Notes under the pieces: generated by a model
Database searches by the model: none
What the model was told of the DNA's origin: nothing
Seen by the model: only the letters and a program-made list of their open reading frames with translations
Part shown: one piece after another, positions 9,984 through 19,713 of the stretch
Position numbering within the stretch: the stretch's first letter is position 1
Layout of the letters: each line of letters begins with the position of its first letter
Source: Magnetovibrionaceae bacterium
Lineage (GTDB): Bacteria; Pseudomonadota; Alphaproteobacteria; Rhodospirillales; JBMYSY01
Assembly: GCA_049603795.1 (NCBI GenBank)
Contig: JBMYSY010000006.1
Coordinates: 307-64,306 of the forward strand
DNA: 64,000 nucleotides
Direction: 5' to 3'
Translations under genes and position numbers: made by a program

Positions 9984-12800
9984 GTGACGTCACCGCCCGA
10001 TACGCCACCGGAAGATCCCTCCGGCGCCAGCCCCAGTGGATCCGGCTTCGATCCCGTCACCATCGAAGAGGAAATGCGCAAGTCCTACCTCGATTACGCC
10101 ATGAGCGTGATCGTGAGCCGGGCCTTGCCGGACGCGCGTGACGGTCTGAAACCTGTCCACCGCCGTATCATCCATTCCATGAACGAAAACGGCTTCGACG
10201 CGACGAAGCCCTATCGCAAATCGGCGCGTATCGTGGGCGAGGTCATGGGTCGCTATCACCCCCACGGTGATCAGGCGATCTATGACGCCATGGTTCGTAT
10301 GGCCCAGCCCTTCGCCATGCGCCTGATGCTGGTTGATGGCCAGGGCAACTTCGGCTCCATGGACGGCGATAAGCCGGCTGCCATGCGCTATACCGAGGCC
10401 CGCATGGCCAAGGCGGCCCACGCCCTGATCGACGATATCGACATGGATACGGTCGATTTTCAGCCGAACTACGACGAAACGGCGCGCGAACCCATCGTGC
10501 TGCCGGCCCGCTTCCCGAACCTTCTGGTCAACGGAGCCGGTGGTATCGCCGTCGGCATGGCGACCAATATCCCCCCGCACAATCTGGGCGAGATGATCGA
10601 TGCCTGTAAGGTGCTGATCGAACGGCCCGAGACGACCATCGAAGAATTGATGGAAACCATCGTGCCGGGCCCCGACTTCCCGACCGGGGGGCTGATCCTG
10701 GGTCGGACCGGTATCCGGAACGCTTTCATGACCGGGCGCGGGTCCGTGATCATGCGCGGCAAGACCGAGATCGAAGATATCCGAAAAGACCGCCAAGCGA
10801 TCATCGTCACCGAGGTCCCCTATCAGGTGAACAAGGCGCGCATGATCGAAATCATGGCCGAATGCGTGCGCGACAAGAAGATCGAGGGCATTTCGGATTT
10901 GCGTGATGAGTCCGACCGCCACGGCATCCGCGTCGTGATCGAGATCAAACGTGACCACATGGCCGAGGTCGTGCTCAACCAATTGTTCCGCTTCACGCCG
11001 TTGCAGACCACCTTCGGGGTCAACATGCTGGCGCTCGACGGTGGTCGGCCGCGCATGATGAACCTGAAGGAAATGCTGGTCGCCTTCATCGCCCACCGCG
11101 AAGAAGTGATCCGTCGCCGGACGGCCTATCTGCTGGGCAAGGCCCGCGACAAGGCCCACGTCCTGGCCGGACTCGCGGTGGCCGTCGCCAACGTGGACGA
11201 GGTGATCCGACTGATCCGCGAAGCCGCCGACCCGCAGGAGGCGCGCGAGGCCCTGATGGCGCGGAACTGGCCCGCCCAAGAAGTTGAACCCTTCATTGCC
11301 CTGCTAGATGACCCGGGCCACGCGGTCGTCGATGGCCATTACAAGCTCTCGGAAGCTCAGGCCAAGGCGATTCTGGACCTACGTCTGCACCGCCTCACGG
11401 GCCTGGAGCGCGATAAGATCGGCGAGGATCTCAAGAAGCTCTGCGACGAGATTGAAGAACTGCTGCACATCCTGGGTTCCCGCGAGCGCCTCTACGAGGT
11501 GATGGTCGAAGAGTTGGACGAGGTGCGGGAGAACTTCGCGGACGAGCGCCGGACCCAGATCGAAGAGAATGAATTCGAACACGATATCGAGGACCTGATC
11601 CAGCGCGAGGACATGGTCGTGACCGTGTCCAATGCCGGTTATATCAAACGTGTACCGGTCTCCGCCTATCGTGCGCAAAAGCGCGGCGGCAAGGGCCGGG
11701 CCGGCATGGCGACCAAGGACGAGGATTTCGTCGAACAGGTCTACATCGTCAATACCCACACGCCGGTGCTGTTCTTCTCGTCCGCCGGCATGGTCTACAA
11801 GCTGAAGGTCTACCGCCTGCCGCTCGGCAACCCGCAATCAAAGGGCAAGGCCTTGGTGAACCTGCTGCCGTTGAGCGAGGGCGAGACGATTTCCACCGTC
11901 ATGCCCCTGCCGGAAGACGAGGACAGCTGGAATGATCTCTTCGTGCTCTTTGCCACTGCCAGCGGCGGTATCCGCCGCAACCGGCTGTCCGATTTCACCA
12001 ACGTCATGGCCAACGGTAAAATTGCCATGAAGCTGGATGAGGGCGACTGGTTGGTTCGGGTCCGGACGGCGAGCGAAGACGATGATGTCCTGATCGCGAC
12101 GGCCGGCGGCAAGTGCATTCGCTTCCCCGTGCCCGATGTCCGGGTCTTTTCCGGTCGGACTTCGACCGGTGTCCGGGCGATCAAACTCGCCAAGGATGAC
12201 CAGGTGATCGGTCTTTCATGCGTGAAGCATTTCGAGGTCGAGACCGAACAACGCGATGCCTATCTGCAAAGCCGCAATGCCGCACGGCGGCTTCAGGGCG
12301 GCGACTATACGGATCGGGCCGGCGATCTGGCGAAGGACCGGGAACTGGCTGCGCGGCTCGACGAACCTGCGTTCCAGGAAATGCTGGCATGCGAAGAATT
12401 TCTACTGACGGTTACGGATGACGGCTTCGGCAAGCGGACATCGGCCTACGAATACCGCACAACAGCCCGCGGTGGCCAGGGGATCAGCAACATGGACCTG
12501 AAGCGTTCCAGTGGCGAAGGTGCTGGAATTGCTTCGGTTTTCGTGGTCCTTGATGAAGATCAGATCGTCATGGTTTCCAACAGCGGCCAGATCATTCGCT
12601 GCCCGGTGGACGGCATCAGCTTCTCCGGTCGAGCCGCCCGCGGGGTGACGTTATTTAACGTCGCTGAGGGGGAAAGGGTTGTTTCCGTCTCGCGTTTGCG
12701 AGATATGGAAGGGGATGACGAGGGTGAAGGAGCTGAAGAAGAGGCCGAGTCCGCTTCTGACGCAGCAGAGCCATCGCCATCAGGCGAACCGAGCGAATAG
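9984..12800 (+). CDS. gyrA: DNA gyrase subunit A
   Basis: 938 aa. [41 protein letters not shown]..; acidic C-terminal tail. GTG start as in the track. Confidence 0.97.
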   Translation: MTSPPDTPPEDPSGASPSGSGFDPVTIEEEMRKSYLDYAMSVIVSRALPDARDGLKPVHRRIIHSMNENGFDATKPYRKSARIVGEVMGRYHPHGDQAIYDAMVRMAQPFAMRLMLVDGQGNFGSMDGDKPAAMRYTEARMAKAAHALIDDIDMDTVDFQPNYDETAREPIVLPARFPNLLVNGAGGIAVGMATNIPPHNLGEMIDACKVLIERPETTIEELMETIVPGPDFPTGGLILGRTGIRNAFMTGRGSVIMRGKTEIEDIRKDRQAIIVTEVPYQVNKARMIEIMAECVRDKKIEGISDLRDESDRHGIRVVIEIKRDHMAEVVLNQLFRFTPLQTTFGVNMLALDGGRPRMMNLKEMLVAFIAHREEVIRRRTAYLLGKARDKAHVLAGLAVAVANVDEVIRLIREAADPQEAREALMARNWPAQEVEPFIALLDDPGHAVVDGHYKLSEAQAKAILDLRLHRLTGLERDKIGEDLKKLCDEIEELLHILGSRERLYEVMVEELDEVRENFADERRTQIEENEFEHDIEDLIQREDMVVTVSNAGYIKRVPVSAYRAQKRGGKGRAGMATKDEDFVEQVYIVNTHTPVLFFSSAGMVYKLKVYRLPLGNPQSKGKALVNLLPLSEGETISTVMPLPEDEDSWNDLFVLFATASGGIRRNRLSDFTNVMANGKIAMKLDEGDWLVRVRTASEDDDVLIATAGGKCIRFPVPDVRVFSGRTSTGVRAIKLAKDDQVIGLSCVKHFEVETEQRDAYLQSRNAARRLQGGDYTDRAGDLAKDRELAARLDEPAFQEMLACEEFLLTVTDDGFGKRTSAYEYRTTARGGQGISNMDLKRSSGEGAGIASVFVVLDEDQIVMVSNSGQIIRCPVDGISFSGRAARGVTLFNVAEGERVVSVSRLRDMEGDDEGEGAEEEAESASDAAEPSPSGEPSE

Positions 12801-12933
12801 GCGCAAGATCAGCGAAGAAGGCGCGAGTATGCTGATCAGCCTGAAGTGAAAAGTGACCTGGGATGACATCCGGGGCACGACCGCGGGGGAAAGGGTGCGG
12901 TCGGGTTCCTTCACCTGGGTGGGAGCGACCTCC

Positions 12934-13512
12934 ATGACATCGAACCCGAATCCGGCCCCGCATGAGACGGCGGCCCCCGACCGCGCCCACAGAGGTGTCT
13001 ATCCCGGTACCTTCGATCCGCCGACGAACGGCCATATGGATATCATTCGCCGTGCAACCCGGCTGGTTGACAATCTGATTGTCGGCGTCGCCGCCAACCC
13101 GGCCAAGGCACCGCTTTTCAGCTTGGAAGACCGCTGTTCCATGGTGCGCGCCGAAATCAACCGGATGGATATCCGCGACGGCACCCTGATCGAGGTGGTG
13201 CCTTTCGACAACCTGCTGATGGATTTTGTTATGCAGCAGGGCGCGAATGTGATCGTGCGGGGCTTACGTGCCGTCTCCGATTTTGAATACGAGTTTCAGA
13301 TGGCCGGTATGAACGCCCGACTGAACCGTTCGGTCGAGACAGTCTTCCTGATGGCCTCTGATCGCCATCAATTCATTTCAAGCCGATTCGTTAAGGAAAT
13401 CGGACGTTTGAACGGTGATATCTCCGAGTTCGTCAGCGCTGACGTCCGAGAGATCCTGATGGAACGCTTCCGCCTCATCAATGGCAAAGGCCGGGGGTCA
13501 AACGGGGCTTGA
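12934..13512 (+). CDS. coaD: phosphopantetheine adenylyltransferase
   Basis: GVYPGTFDPPTNGHMDIIRRA..SDFEYEFQMAGMN..ISSRFVKEI. The ATG at 12934 has a GGGAGC Shine-Dalgarno sequence. The track ORF extends 27 codons further upstream. Confidence 0.9.
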   Translation: MTSNPNPAPHETAAPDRAHRGVYPGTFDPPTNGHMDIIRRATRLVDNLIVGVAANPAKAPLFSLEDRCSMVRAEINRMDIRDGTLIEVVPFDNLLMDFVMQQGANVIVRGLRAVSDFEYEFQMAGMNARLNRSVETVFLMASDRHQFISSRFVKEIGRLNGDISEFVSADVREILMERFRLINGKGRGSNGA

Positions 13513-13589
13513 AGTCTCGGGCCTGGATGGATAATGTCCAGCCTCCGAACGGCACCGGGCTTCATTTGCACCGTCGTTTCGGCCCATGA

Positions 13590-13665
13590 GCGCGCTTAGC
13601 TCAGCTGGTAGAGCAACTGACTTTTAATCAGTAGGTCACAGGTTCGACTCCTGTAGCGCGTACCA
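13590..13665 (+). tRNA. tRNA-Lys (anticodon UUU)
   Basis: Hand-folded cloverleaf: acceptor GCGCGCT/AGCGCGT, D arm GCTC-AGCTGGT-AGAGC, anticodon stem ACTGA/TCAGT with loop CTTTTAA, T arm ACAGG-TTCGACT-CCTGT, encoded CCA. Confidence 0.9.
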
Positions 13666-13673
13666 ATCGGAGA

Positions 13674-13705
13674 GGGGCTTGGGCTGCGTGTCCAGGCCCC
13701 TTTTT
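13674..13705 (+). terminator. rho-independent terminator after tRNA-Lys
   Basis: GGGGCTTGG-loop-CCAGGCCCC followed by TTTTT. Confidence 0.6.
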
Positions 13706-13935
13706 CGTGTGCGGCTGTCAGGTTAATTGGCTCGAGAGAGGTGGCTAAGCACTCGGGGGCGACTTTTTTGACCCGCATATTAGAAAAATCTGTTAGCGTC
13801 TGAGTTGTTGTCGCTTTCGGCAAATCCGGATGGTGGATCTGGCGAGCACATATTGCCCCAGGTATCATCCATCCAGATAGAGTGCATAGCCCAGTAAATG
13901 GGATAGGGTTGCCAGGCATCATCGGGGGATGGGGT

Positions 13936-16113
13936 ATGCCGAGCCTTCTTAGACTTTTAAGGTCCGTGGTCTTCGCCGGAACCTTGTCGTTCGCCATCTG
14001 GCCAGCCTGCGCAGTCAAGGCGAATCCAACCTTTCAGGATGTGTTCGACAAGCACAACTCGGTCATGCTGTTGATCGATCCGCAGACCGGAAGCATTGCC
14101 GATGCCAATCCGGCTGCCGCTGCGTTCTATGGGTATAGTCGCGATGACTTGCGGACCATGTTTATTCAGAATATCAATCAGTTGACGGCGGAGCAGGTGA
14201 AAGAAGAGAGGCAACTCGCCAAGAGCGAAGGTCGGAACTTCTTCATTTTTCGTCATCAACTGGCCAATGGTGATATTCGAACGGTCGAGGTTAAATCGGT
14301 ACCCTTTACATTCGATGGCCGCGTTCTGCTGCATTCGATCATCCGTGATATTTCACGCGAGCGGAGTATTGCCAATGAGCTCTGGCATTATCAATCGCGG
14401 CTGGAAGACATGGTCCAACAGCAGACGGAGGAGATCAGAAAGAAGACGGATATCCTCGTCGTGATCCTGGGTTCGGGTGCCCTTGTCTTATCGGTCTTTG
14501 TTCTTCTGCTCTTGCTGTCCCTGCGCCGACATCACCAAGCCGAGCGACTCCTTTTGGAAAATCGCGAACACTACCGAAGCATGGTCAATGGATTGGAGGC
14601 CCACTTCCTCTATAAGCACGATACCGAGGGCGTTTTTACCTATGTCTCTCCGTCGATTACGCCGCTGCTCGGATATTCGGAGCAAGAGTTCTTAACGTCG
14701 TTTGAGACCTACCTGACGGATTCCCCGCTGAACCATGCCTGTATCAAGCATACGGAAGGCAGCATTCGGGGCGAACAACAGCCGCCCTATATTGTGGAGA
14801 TTTTTCACAAGGACGGCAGCATCCGAACCCTGGAGGTTTTGGAACGCCCCGTGCGAGACCTCGACCAGAGGGTGGTTGCGGTCGAAGGCATTGCTCAGGA
14901 CATAACCGAGCGCAAACAGGCTGAGGCGATGATTCTTCAGGCGAAGGATGACGCTGAAAAGGCCAACAAAACCAAATCCCAGTTCCTGGCTTCCATGAGC
15001 CATGAACTCCGAACACCATTGAATGCTGTTCTCGGTTTTGCCCAGTTGCTGCAGTTTGACGTTCGCTACCCGTTGAATGCGGTTCAGAACGAACATGTGG
15101 AGAGCATTCTGTCCGGAGGTCGGCACCTGCTGGGGCTGGTCGATGAGATTCTTGAACTGTCAAAAATCGAGGCGGATCAACTGACGATCACCCTTGAGGA
15201 AGTTTCTGCGCGGGAGGTTATTCGTGACAGCATTGCGCTGGCCAGTTCTCTCAGTGTGGAGCGAAACGTCGAGATCATCGACAATACAGAGGAGACCCTG
15301 TCGGCCGCATTGAGGACGGACCGCACGCGGTTGAAGCAGGTTCTTGTCAACCTGCTGTCCAATGCCATCAAGTTCAACGATGACGGCGGCACGGTTATGA
15401 TCGATAGCGAAGAACTTCCGAACGGCTACCTCAGAATTGCGGTGGCGGATACGGGTATCGGAATTGCGCCTGAAGACAAAGAAAACGTCTTTCAGTTGTT
15501 TCACCGATTGGACGCCGATCCTGGTGTTGCGAGGGAAGGAACGGGGATCGGCCTGACCATCACGAAATCCATCCTGGAGCATATGGCCGGTTCAATCAAT
15601 TTTAGTAGCGAGGTCAATAAAGGAACCAAATTTTGGGTCGAAATTCCTTTGTTCAGCAATGATGACGTCATGATTTGGACGGAATCCATGGTTACAGGCG
15701 TTGATGCCATCGATTCTGATCATAAAGTATTGATGGGTTTGTTGAACCGGATCAGTAAAAGTTCCGTCGATTCGGATGGGATTGATGATATTGTCTCTGA
15801 ACTTGTTGAGTACACGAGCTATCACTTCTCGCGTGAAGAAGCGATCATGGAAATTTGTGAGTATCCCGGTCTGGAAGACCATTTGGAAATCCACAAGTCC
15901 ATTCGCGCTCAGGTCGCGGGCCTTGCCGACAAGTGGCGCGAGGACAAGGGCGAAGATGCCTTGTCGAACCTCCACAAGTTTATGCAGGACTGGCTCTATT
16001 CGCACATCATCCATGAAGACACGAAAATCGAGGGGCATGCGAAGGGGAAGAAGAGAGAGATCAAGCACGCCCTGGAAACCTTGACTTTCCTGGCGGAGGA
16101 CCGGGTCGCCTGA
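13936..16113 (+). CDS. PAS sensor histidine kinase with C-terminal hemerythrin-like domain
   Basis: Signal/TM segment, two PAS-like regions, a TM segment, H-box SHELRTPLNAVLGF, N/G boxes (NAIKFN, GTGIGL). The tail carries DSDHKVL..YHFSREEAIM..HLEIHKS..WLYSHIIHEDTK (H, HxxxE, H, HxxxxD iron ligand pattern). ATG at 13936. Confidence 0.8.
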   Translation: MPSLLRLLRSVVFAGTLSFAIWPACAVKANPTFQDVFDKHNSVMLLIDPQTGSIADANPAAAAFYGYSRDDLRTMFIQNINQLTAEQVKEERQLAKSEGRNFFIFRHQLANGDIRTVEVKSVPFTFDGRVLLHSIIRDISRERSIANELWHYQSRLEDMVQQQTEEIRKKTDILVVILGSGALVLSVFVLLLLLSLRRHHQAERLLLENREHYRSMVNGLEAHFLYKHDTEGVFTYVSPSITPLLGYSEQEFLTSFETYLTDSPLNHACIKHTEGSIRGEQQPPYIVEIFHKDGSIRTLEVLERPVRDLDQRVVAVEGIAQDITERKQAEAMILQAKDDAEKANKTKSQFLASMSHELRTPLNAVLGFAQLLQFDVRYPLNAVQNEHVESILSGGRHLLGLVDEILELSKIEADQLTITLEEVSAREVIRDSIALASSLSVERNVEIIDNTEETLSAALRTDRTRLKQVLVNLLSNAIKFNDDGGTVMIDSEELPNGYLRIAVADTGIGIAPEDKENVFQLFHRLDADPGVAREGTGIGLTITKSILEHMAGSINFSSEVNKGTKFWVEIPLFSNDDVMIWTESMVTGVDAIDSDHKVLMGLLNRISKSSVDSDGIDDIVSELVEYTSYHFSREEAIMEICEYPGLEDHLEIHKSIRAQVAGLADKWREDKGEDALSNLHKFMQDWLYSHIIHEDTKIEGHAKGKKREIKHALETLTFLAEDRVA

Positions 16114-16147
16114 GGTTCTTATACCACGGAGTGCAGGTAGAGACCGA

Positions 16148-17563
16148 TCAACCGCGCTGGCGTAGGTCCGAGGGCAGGGTGATTGTCGCCTTCAGGCCGC
16201 CCAGATCAGATTGATCCAATGCGAGGCGGCCATCGTAAAGCTCGATAATGTCGCCCACGATGGCGAGGCCGAAACCGGTACCGGGCGGTGCCTCATCCAG
16301 GCGTTTTCCCCAATTGAGCGCAGCTTCCCGGGCCTCTGGCGCGATTCCGGGGCCATCGTCCTCGACTGTCAGCAGCAGCCCTTCCGCCCCTATTTCTGCA
16401 GAAATCCGGATTGTTTCTTCCGCGTACTTGTGAGCGTTGGAGACAAGATTGGAGATCATGGCTTCCAGATCGTGGCGGGGCAGGGCAAACGACAGCTCCT
16501 CAGCACAGCGGACCTGTATATCGACGGGTGTGCGCCGGTAGACGATGGAGAAACCTTCGGCCAGGTCCTGGAGCACCGGTCGTACCTCGACCCGACGGGA
16601 ATCGCCGGATTCCGGTCCGATGGCACGGGCGAGACTGGAATACCGATTCACCAGTCCCGCCATGCGCCTGATCTGCCGGTCCAGTTTTTCCTCTTCCGGG
16701 TTGCCCTGGATGGCATTTTTCATGACGGCCAGCGGGTGGTTGATGTCGTGGGCGATCTTGGAAACGTACTTGCGCGTTCGTTCGATCAGCCTCGCGTTCT
16801 GGACCAAAAGGCCGTTCACCCGGCTCACCGCCCGGTCGAGTTCGCGGGGAAAGCGTCCTTCAATGGTCTCGGTTTCGCCGGCTTCATAGGCATCCATGGC
16901 GCGGGCCAGCCGTTGCAGTTGTCCCCGCAGGGCCAAAATCACCAGCAACATCAAACTCGAAACCACCAGCGCCAAAGGCAGGCTCGCGATCAAAACAAGA
17001 GGTTGCAGCCGTTCCGCATGACGGGCGACATAGGCGTCGTATCGATCCAGACCGATGCCGATCAGGTAGTGCACCCGGATTGGGCCGGTTGCTCCGTCCG
17101 CTCCGGCGAAGGGCGGTTGTTCATCGACAATCCGTTCCGCAAGCCGCATCGGCCCAAGTTCGGTTTCAGCCTCCCGCAGGATGAATTTCGGTGTCGGCCT
17201 GTCCAGCGAAGGGGTCAGGGTCGCGCCGGTCATACCCAGCAGGTCCGATTGATCAATGACCGCGCCGTCTTCCATGATCTGCCAGGTCCAGCCCACGTCG
17301 GGCCCACCGGGGACCGAAGAGGCCCTGGGGCGCTGGCGGGTGGCGCGAGACGGCTCGTTCGCATCGATAAAAGAGGCCGCCCAGTAGCCGCGCACCTGAT
17401 CGGAAAATTCCAGCAGTCGGGTATCGACGACGTCTGCCGAAACCTTGGCGACCGTCGCCTGAAACAGAGCCCAGAACAGAAGGAAGCTGACGGCCGTCAG
17501 GGCCAGGACCCAGAGCACGAGGCGCCCCACCAGGGTTTGCAGGACCGGGCCCAGAGGGCTCAT
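16148..17563 (-). CDS. two-component sensor histidine kinase
   Basis: Two TM segments, H-box KIAHDINHPLAVM, HATPase motifs VEDDGPGI, GTGFGLAIV. Overlaps the upstream response regulator gene by 4 nt. Confidence 0.85.
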   Translation of the reverse strand: MSPLGPVLQTLVGRLVLWVLALTAVSFLLFWALFQATVAKVSADVVDTRLLEFSDQVRGYWAASFIDANEPSRATRQRPRASSVPGGPDVGWTWQIMEDGAVIDQSDLLGMTGATLTPSLDRPTPKFILREAETELGPMRLAERIVDEQPPFAGADGATGPIRVHYLIGIGLDRYDAYVARHAERLQPLVLIASLPLALVVSSLMLLVILALRGQLQRLARAMDAYEAGETETIEGRFPRELDRAVSRVNGLLVQNARLIERTRKYVSKIAHDINHPLAVMKNAIQGNPEEEKLDRQIRRMAGLVNRYSSLARAIGPESGDSRRVEVRPVLQDLAEGFSIVYRRTPVDIQVRCAEELSFALPRHDLEAMISNLVSNAHKYAEETIRISAEIGAEGLLLTVEDDGPGIAPEAREAALNWGKRLDEAPPGTGFGLAIVGDIIELYDGRLALDQSDLGGLKATITLPSDLRQRG

Positions 17564-18246
17564 GCGCCGTCTTGCTCCGCATCGCCGAGTCTCAGGCGGT
17601 AGCCATGGCCGAACACGGTTTCGATCCGGTCCTTGCCGATCTTGTCACGCAGTCGGCTGATGAAGACCGGCACTTCATTGCCGGTCTTGGCGATGTCGCC
17701 GTCGAAATTGTGCGAGGCCAGTTCATCAGCCGAGGAGGGGCGGCCCTTGTTCACCATCAGGTAGTGCAGGATGCGGTATTCGGAGGGCGTCAACTTGACC
17801 GGCTTGCCCTCCTGCCAGACCTTGATGGACTGGGTGTCCATACGGATGCCTCCAGCCTCTAGCACGGGCTTGGTGACCGTCGGGCCACCGGAATTGACCA
17901 CGCCGCGCAGCCAGTCGAGCAGCAACTCCAGGTCCACCGGCTTGGTCAGGTAGTTGGTTGCGCCGGCCCGCACACCTTCCTTCATGTCGGCCACTTCCTT
18001 GCGGGATCCGGTCAACACGATCACGGGCATGGTCAGCCCCTTGTCGCGCCAGCGGCGAAGGACGCTGAACCCGTCCATGGTGGGCAGGCCGGGGTCCAGA
18101 ATGACCGCGTCGTAAGGGGTCTCCAGACCGTATTCCAACCCTTCCTCGCCATCATGCACCACATCGACGGCGAAAGATTCGTCGCGCAGCATCTCGGCGA
18201 TCTGGTCGGCCAGTTCGGGGTCGTCTTCCATGACAAGAATGCGCAT
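17560..18246 (-). CDS. OmpR/PhoB-family response regulator
   Basis: MRILVMEDD..DVVHDG..ILDPGLP..D.., winged-helix LTPSEYRILHYL..FISRLRDKIG..IETVFGHGYRL. Confidence 0.9.
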   Translation of the reverse strand: MRILVMEDDPELADQIAEMLRDESFAVDVVHDGEEGLEYGLETPYDAVILDPGLPTMDGFSVLRRWRDKGLTMPVIVLTGSRKEVADMKEGVRAGATNYLTKPVDLELLLDWLRGVVNSGGPTVTKPVLEAGGIRMDTQSIKVWQEGKPVKLTPSEYRILHYLMVNKGRPSSADELASHNFDGDIAKTGNEVPVFISRLRDKIGKDRIETVFGHGYRLRLGDAEQDGA

Positions 18247-18251
18247 GGCGG

Positions 18252-18740
18252 TTATCTCCTTTGGCCACCCAAGGGGCCGCCCCGGTCGGTGTTCTGCCGG
18301 AAGCCGGGCATGCTGGGTTTCACGCTCCGGCCCTCGGGCCCGCTGAAACGGCGTCCGCCGCTGGCCGAATCACCGACAACACCGCCGGTCTCCGGATCAA
18401 TGTAGACCAAAATCACCCGATCATCCGGTCTCAGAATGCGGACCTCGTAGACAAAGCCGCGACGGGTGTTGCGGATGTGGGTTCCCAGCACGCGACCCCG
18501 ATACTTAGGGTTATTGGCCAGTCGGGAGAGCGCCCCGGAGATATCGGCGCTGCGCCTGCTTTTGGCCTGAACGGTTTGGGCGAGAGACGGCCCCCCCAGC
18601 CCATACGCCTTCGCACCCATATTTGGCGCGGCCAAAGGTTTCGCGGCCAAAGGTCTCGCAACAAGGGGGGCAGCATCCCACAGAAGGAGCGCCCCTCCAA
18701 CGAGGAGCGCAAGGACGGTTCGGGCAAGCAGCTGTTTCAT
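18252..18740 (-). CDS. PepSY-domain secreted protein
   Basis: Signal peptide. GRVLGTHIRNTRRGFVYEVRILRPDDRVILVYIDPETGGVV is a PepSY-like fold signature. First gene of the PepSY-RR-HK operon. Confidence 0.65.
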   Translation of the reverse strand: MKQLLARTVLALLVGGALLLWDAAPLVARPLAAKPLAAPNMGAKAYGLGGPSLAQTVQAKSRRSADISGALSRLANNPKYRGRVLGTHIRNTRRGFVYEVRILRPDDRVILVYIDPETGGVVGDSASGGRRFSGPEGRSVKPSMPGFRQNTDRGGPLGGQRR

Positions 18741-18936
18741 CGTGATCCGGTCTACACCATTCCCCGTTAACAGGGAACTTCCGGCCCGTTAGGCGATGTT
18801 TATGGACCTTACAATCTCCTAACAGCCCCGGCATGCAATCTCAAAACGGCTTGCGTCATGTTGGTCTCCATCGCCGATCAAGCCGCGCCACTGACTGCGG
18901 CTTCACATCAGATGATTGATTGAAAGGAGACCGACC

Positions 18937-19674
18937 ATGTTGACCCGAACCCGCACCACCCTGAGGCGCATCGGATTTAGTCTTGTGGCCGCTGCCATGC
19001 TGGCGGCATCTCTGCCAATGACCGCCCAGGCCGCTCCCCCGTGGGAACGGGTCGGTTATGAAAACCATACCCATGTCCATGTCTATAACGACAATCGGCC
19101 CGATTGGAAAAAGGCCAAGAAGTGGAAAAAGTGGAAGAAGCGTCAGCAGCGACAAGCCCGCAAGCAAACCGTTGTCCACCGCGAGGTCCACAAGACCGTC
19201 AATCACTACTACAACACACCGGCTCCGCACCACCAGACCGGCAGCAACACGGCGACAAACACGGGCGGCCTCCTGGACATCAGCAAGCAGACGGGCGGCA
19301 CGATTATTGGTGCCATCCTCGGTGGCGCTGCGGGAACGCAGATCGGTAAGGGCAAGGGAAACACCGCCGCCATTGTGGCCGGTGCCGTGCTGGGCGGTGT
19401 GCTGGGCAATCAGGTCGGCAAGTCCATGGACCGCAATGATCTGGCGACCTTCAATAACGCCCTGGAGACCGCGCCGACGGGCAATCCGGTCAGCTGGACC
19501 AATCCGGACAGCGGTGTGCGCTACGACGTGACGCCGACCCGCACCTGGCAGAACGATGCCGGCGCTTTCTGTCGCGACTATTCCACCTGGGTCTTCATCG
19601 ACGGATACGAGGAAGAGGTCACCGGCACCGCCTGCCGGGACGGTAATGGTACCTGGGTTGCCCAGAATTACTGA
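18937..19674 (+). CDS. glycine-zipper / 17-kDa-surface-antigen-like outer-membrane protein with His/Lys/Trp-rich insert
   Basis: Signal peptide ..LPMTAQA, basic tract KKAKKWKKWKKRQQRQARK, Gly zipper GGTIIGAILGGAAGTQIGKG..AGAVLGGVLGNQVG. C-terminal NPVSWTNPDSGVRYDV..FCRDY..GTACRDGNGTW. ATG at 18937 with an AAGGAG Shine-Dalgarno sequence. Confidence 0.65.
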   Translation: MLTRTRTTLRRIGFSLVAAAMLAASLPMTAQAAPPWERVGYENHTHVHVYNDNRPDWKKAKKWKKWKKRQQRQARKQTVVHREVHKTVNHYYNTPAPHHQTGSNTATNTGGLLDISKQTGGTIIGAILGGAAGTQIGKGKGNTAAIVAGAVLGGVLGNQVGKSMDRNDLATFNNALETAPTGNPVSWTNPDSGVRYDVTPTRTWQNDAGAFCRDYSTWVFIDGYEEEVTGTACRDGNGTWVAQNY

Positions 19675-19713
19675 GATTCCTGGAACGCCTGATCAAGCCA
19701 GCGGGAGGTTGAA

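Noticed and set aside
13590-16147. Possible tRNA-Lys-linked genomic island.
   Set aside because: No integrase, no phage or transposon genes, and no direct repeat of the tRNA 3' end that I could find downstream. Only the lower GC of the single kinase gene supports it, so it is reported only as a compositional note.
18915-18939. Recurrent leader motif GA(T/C)(T/C)GAAAGGAG(A)CCGA just before the ATG of three exported-protein genes (18937, 21711, 23162).
   Set aside because: Most of the similarity is an extended Shine-Dalgarno sequence (GAAAGGAG) plus a few flanking bases. With only three short copies, this is more simply explained by strong ribosome-binding sites than by a dedicated regulatory element.
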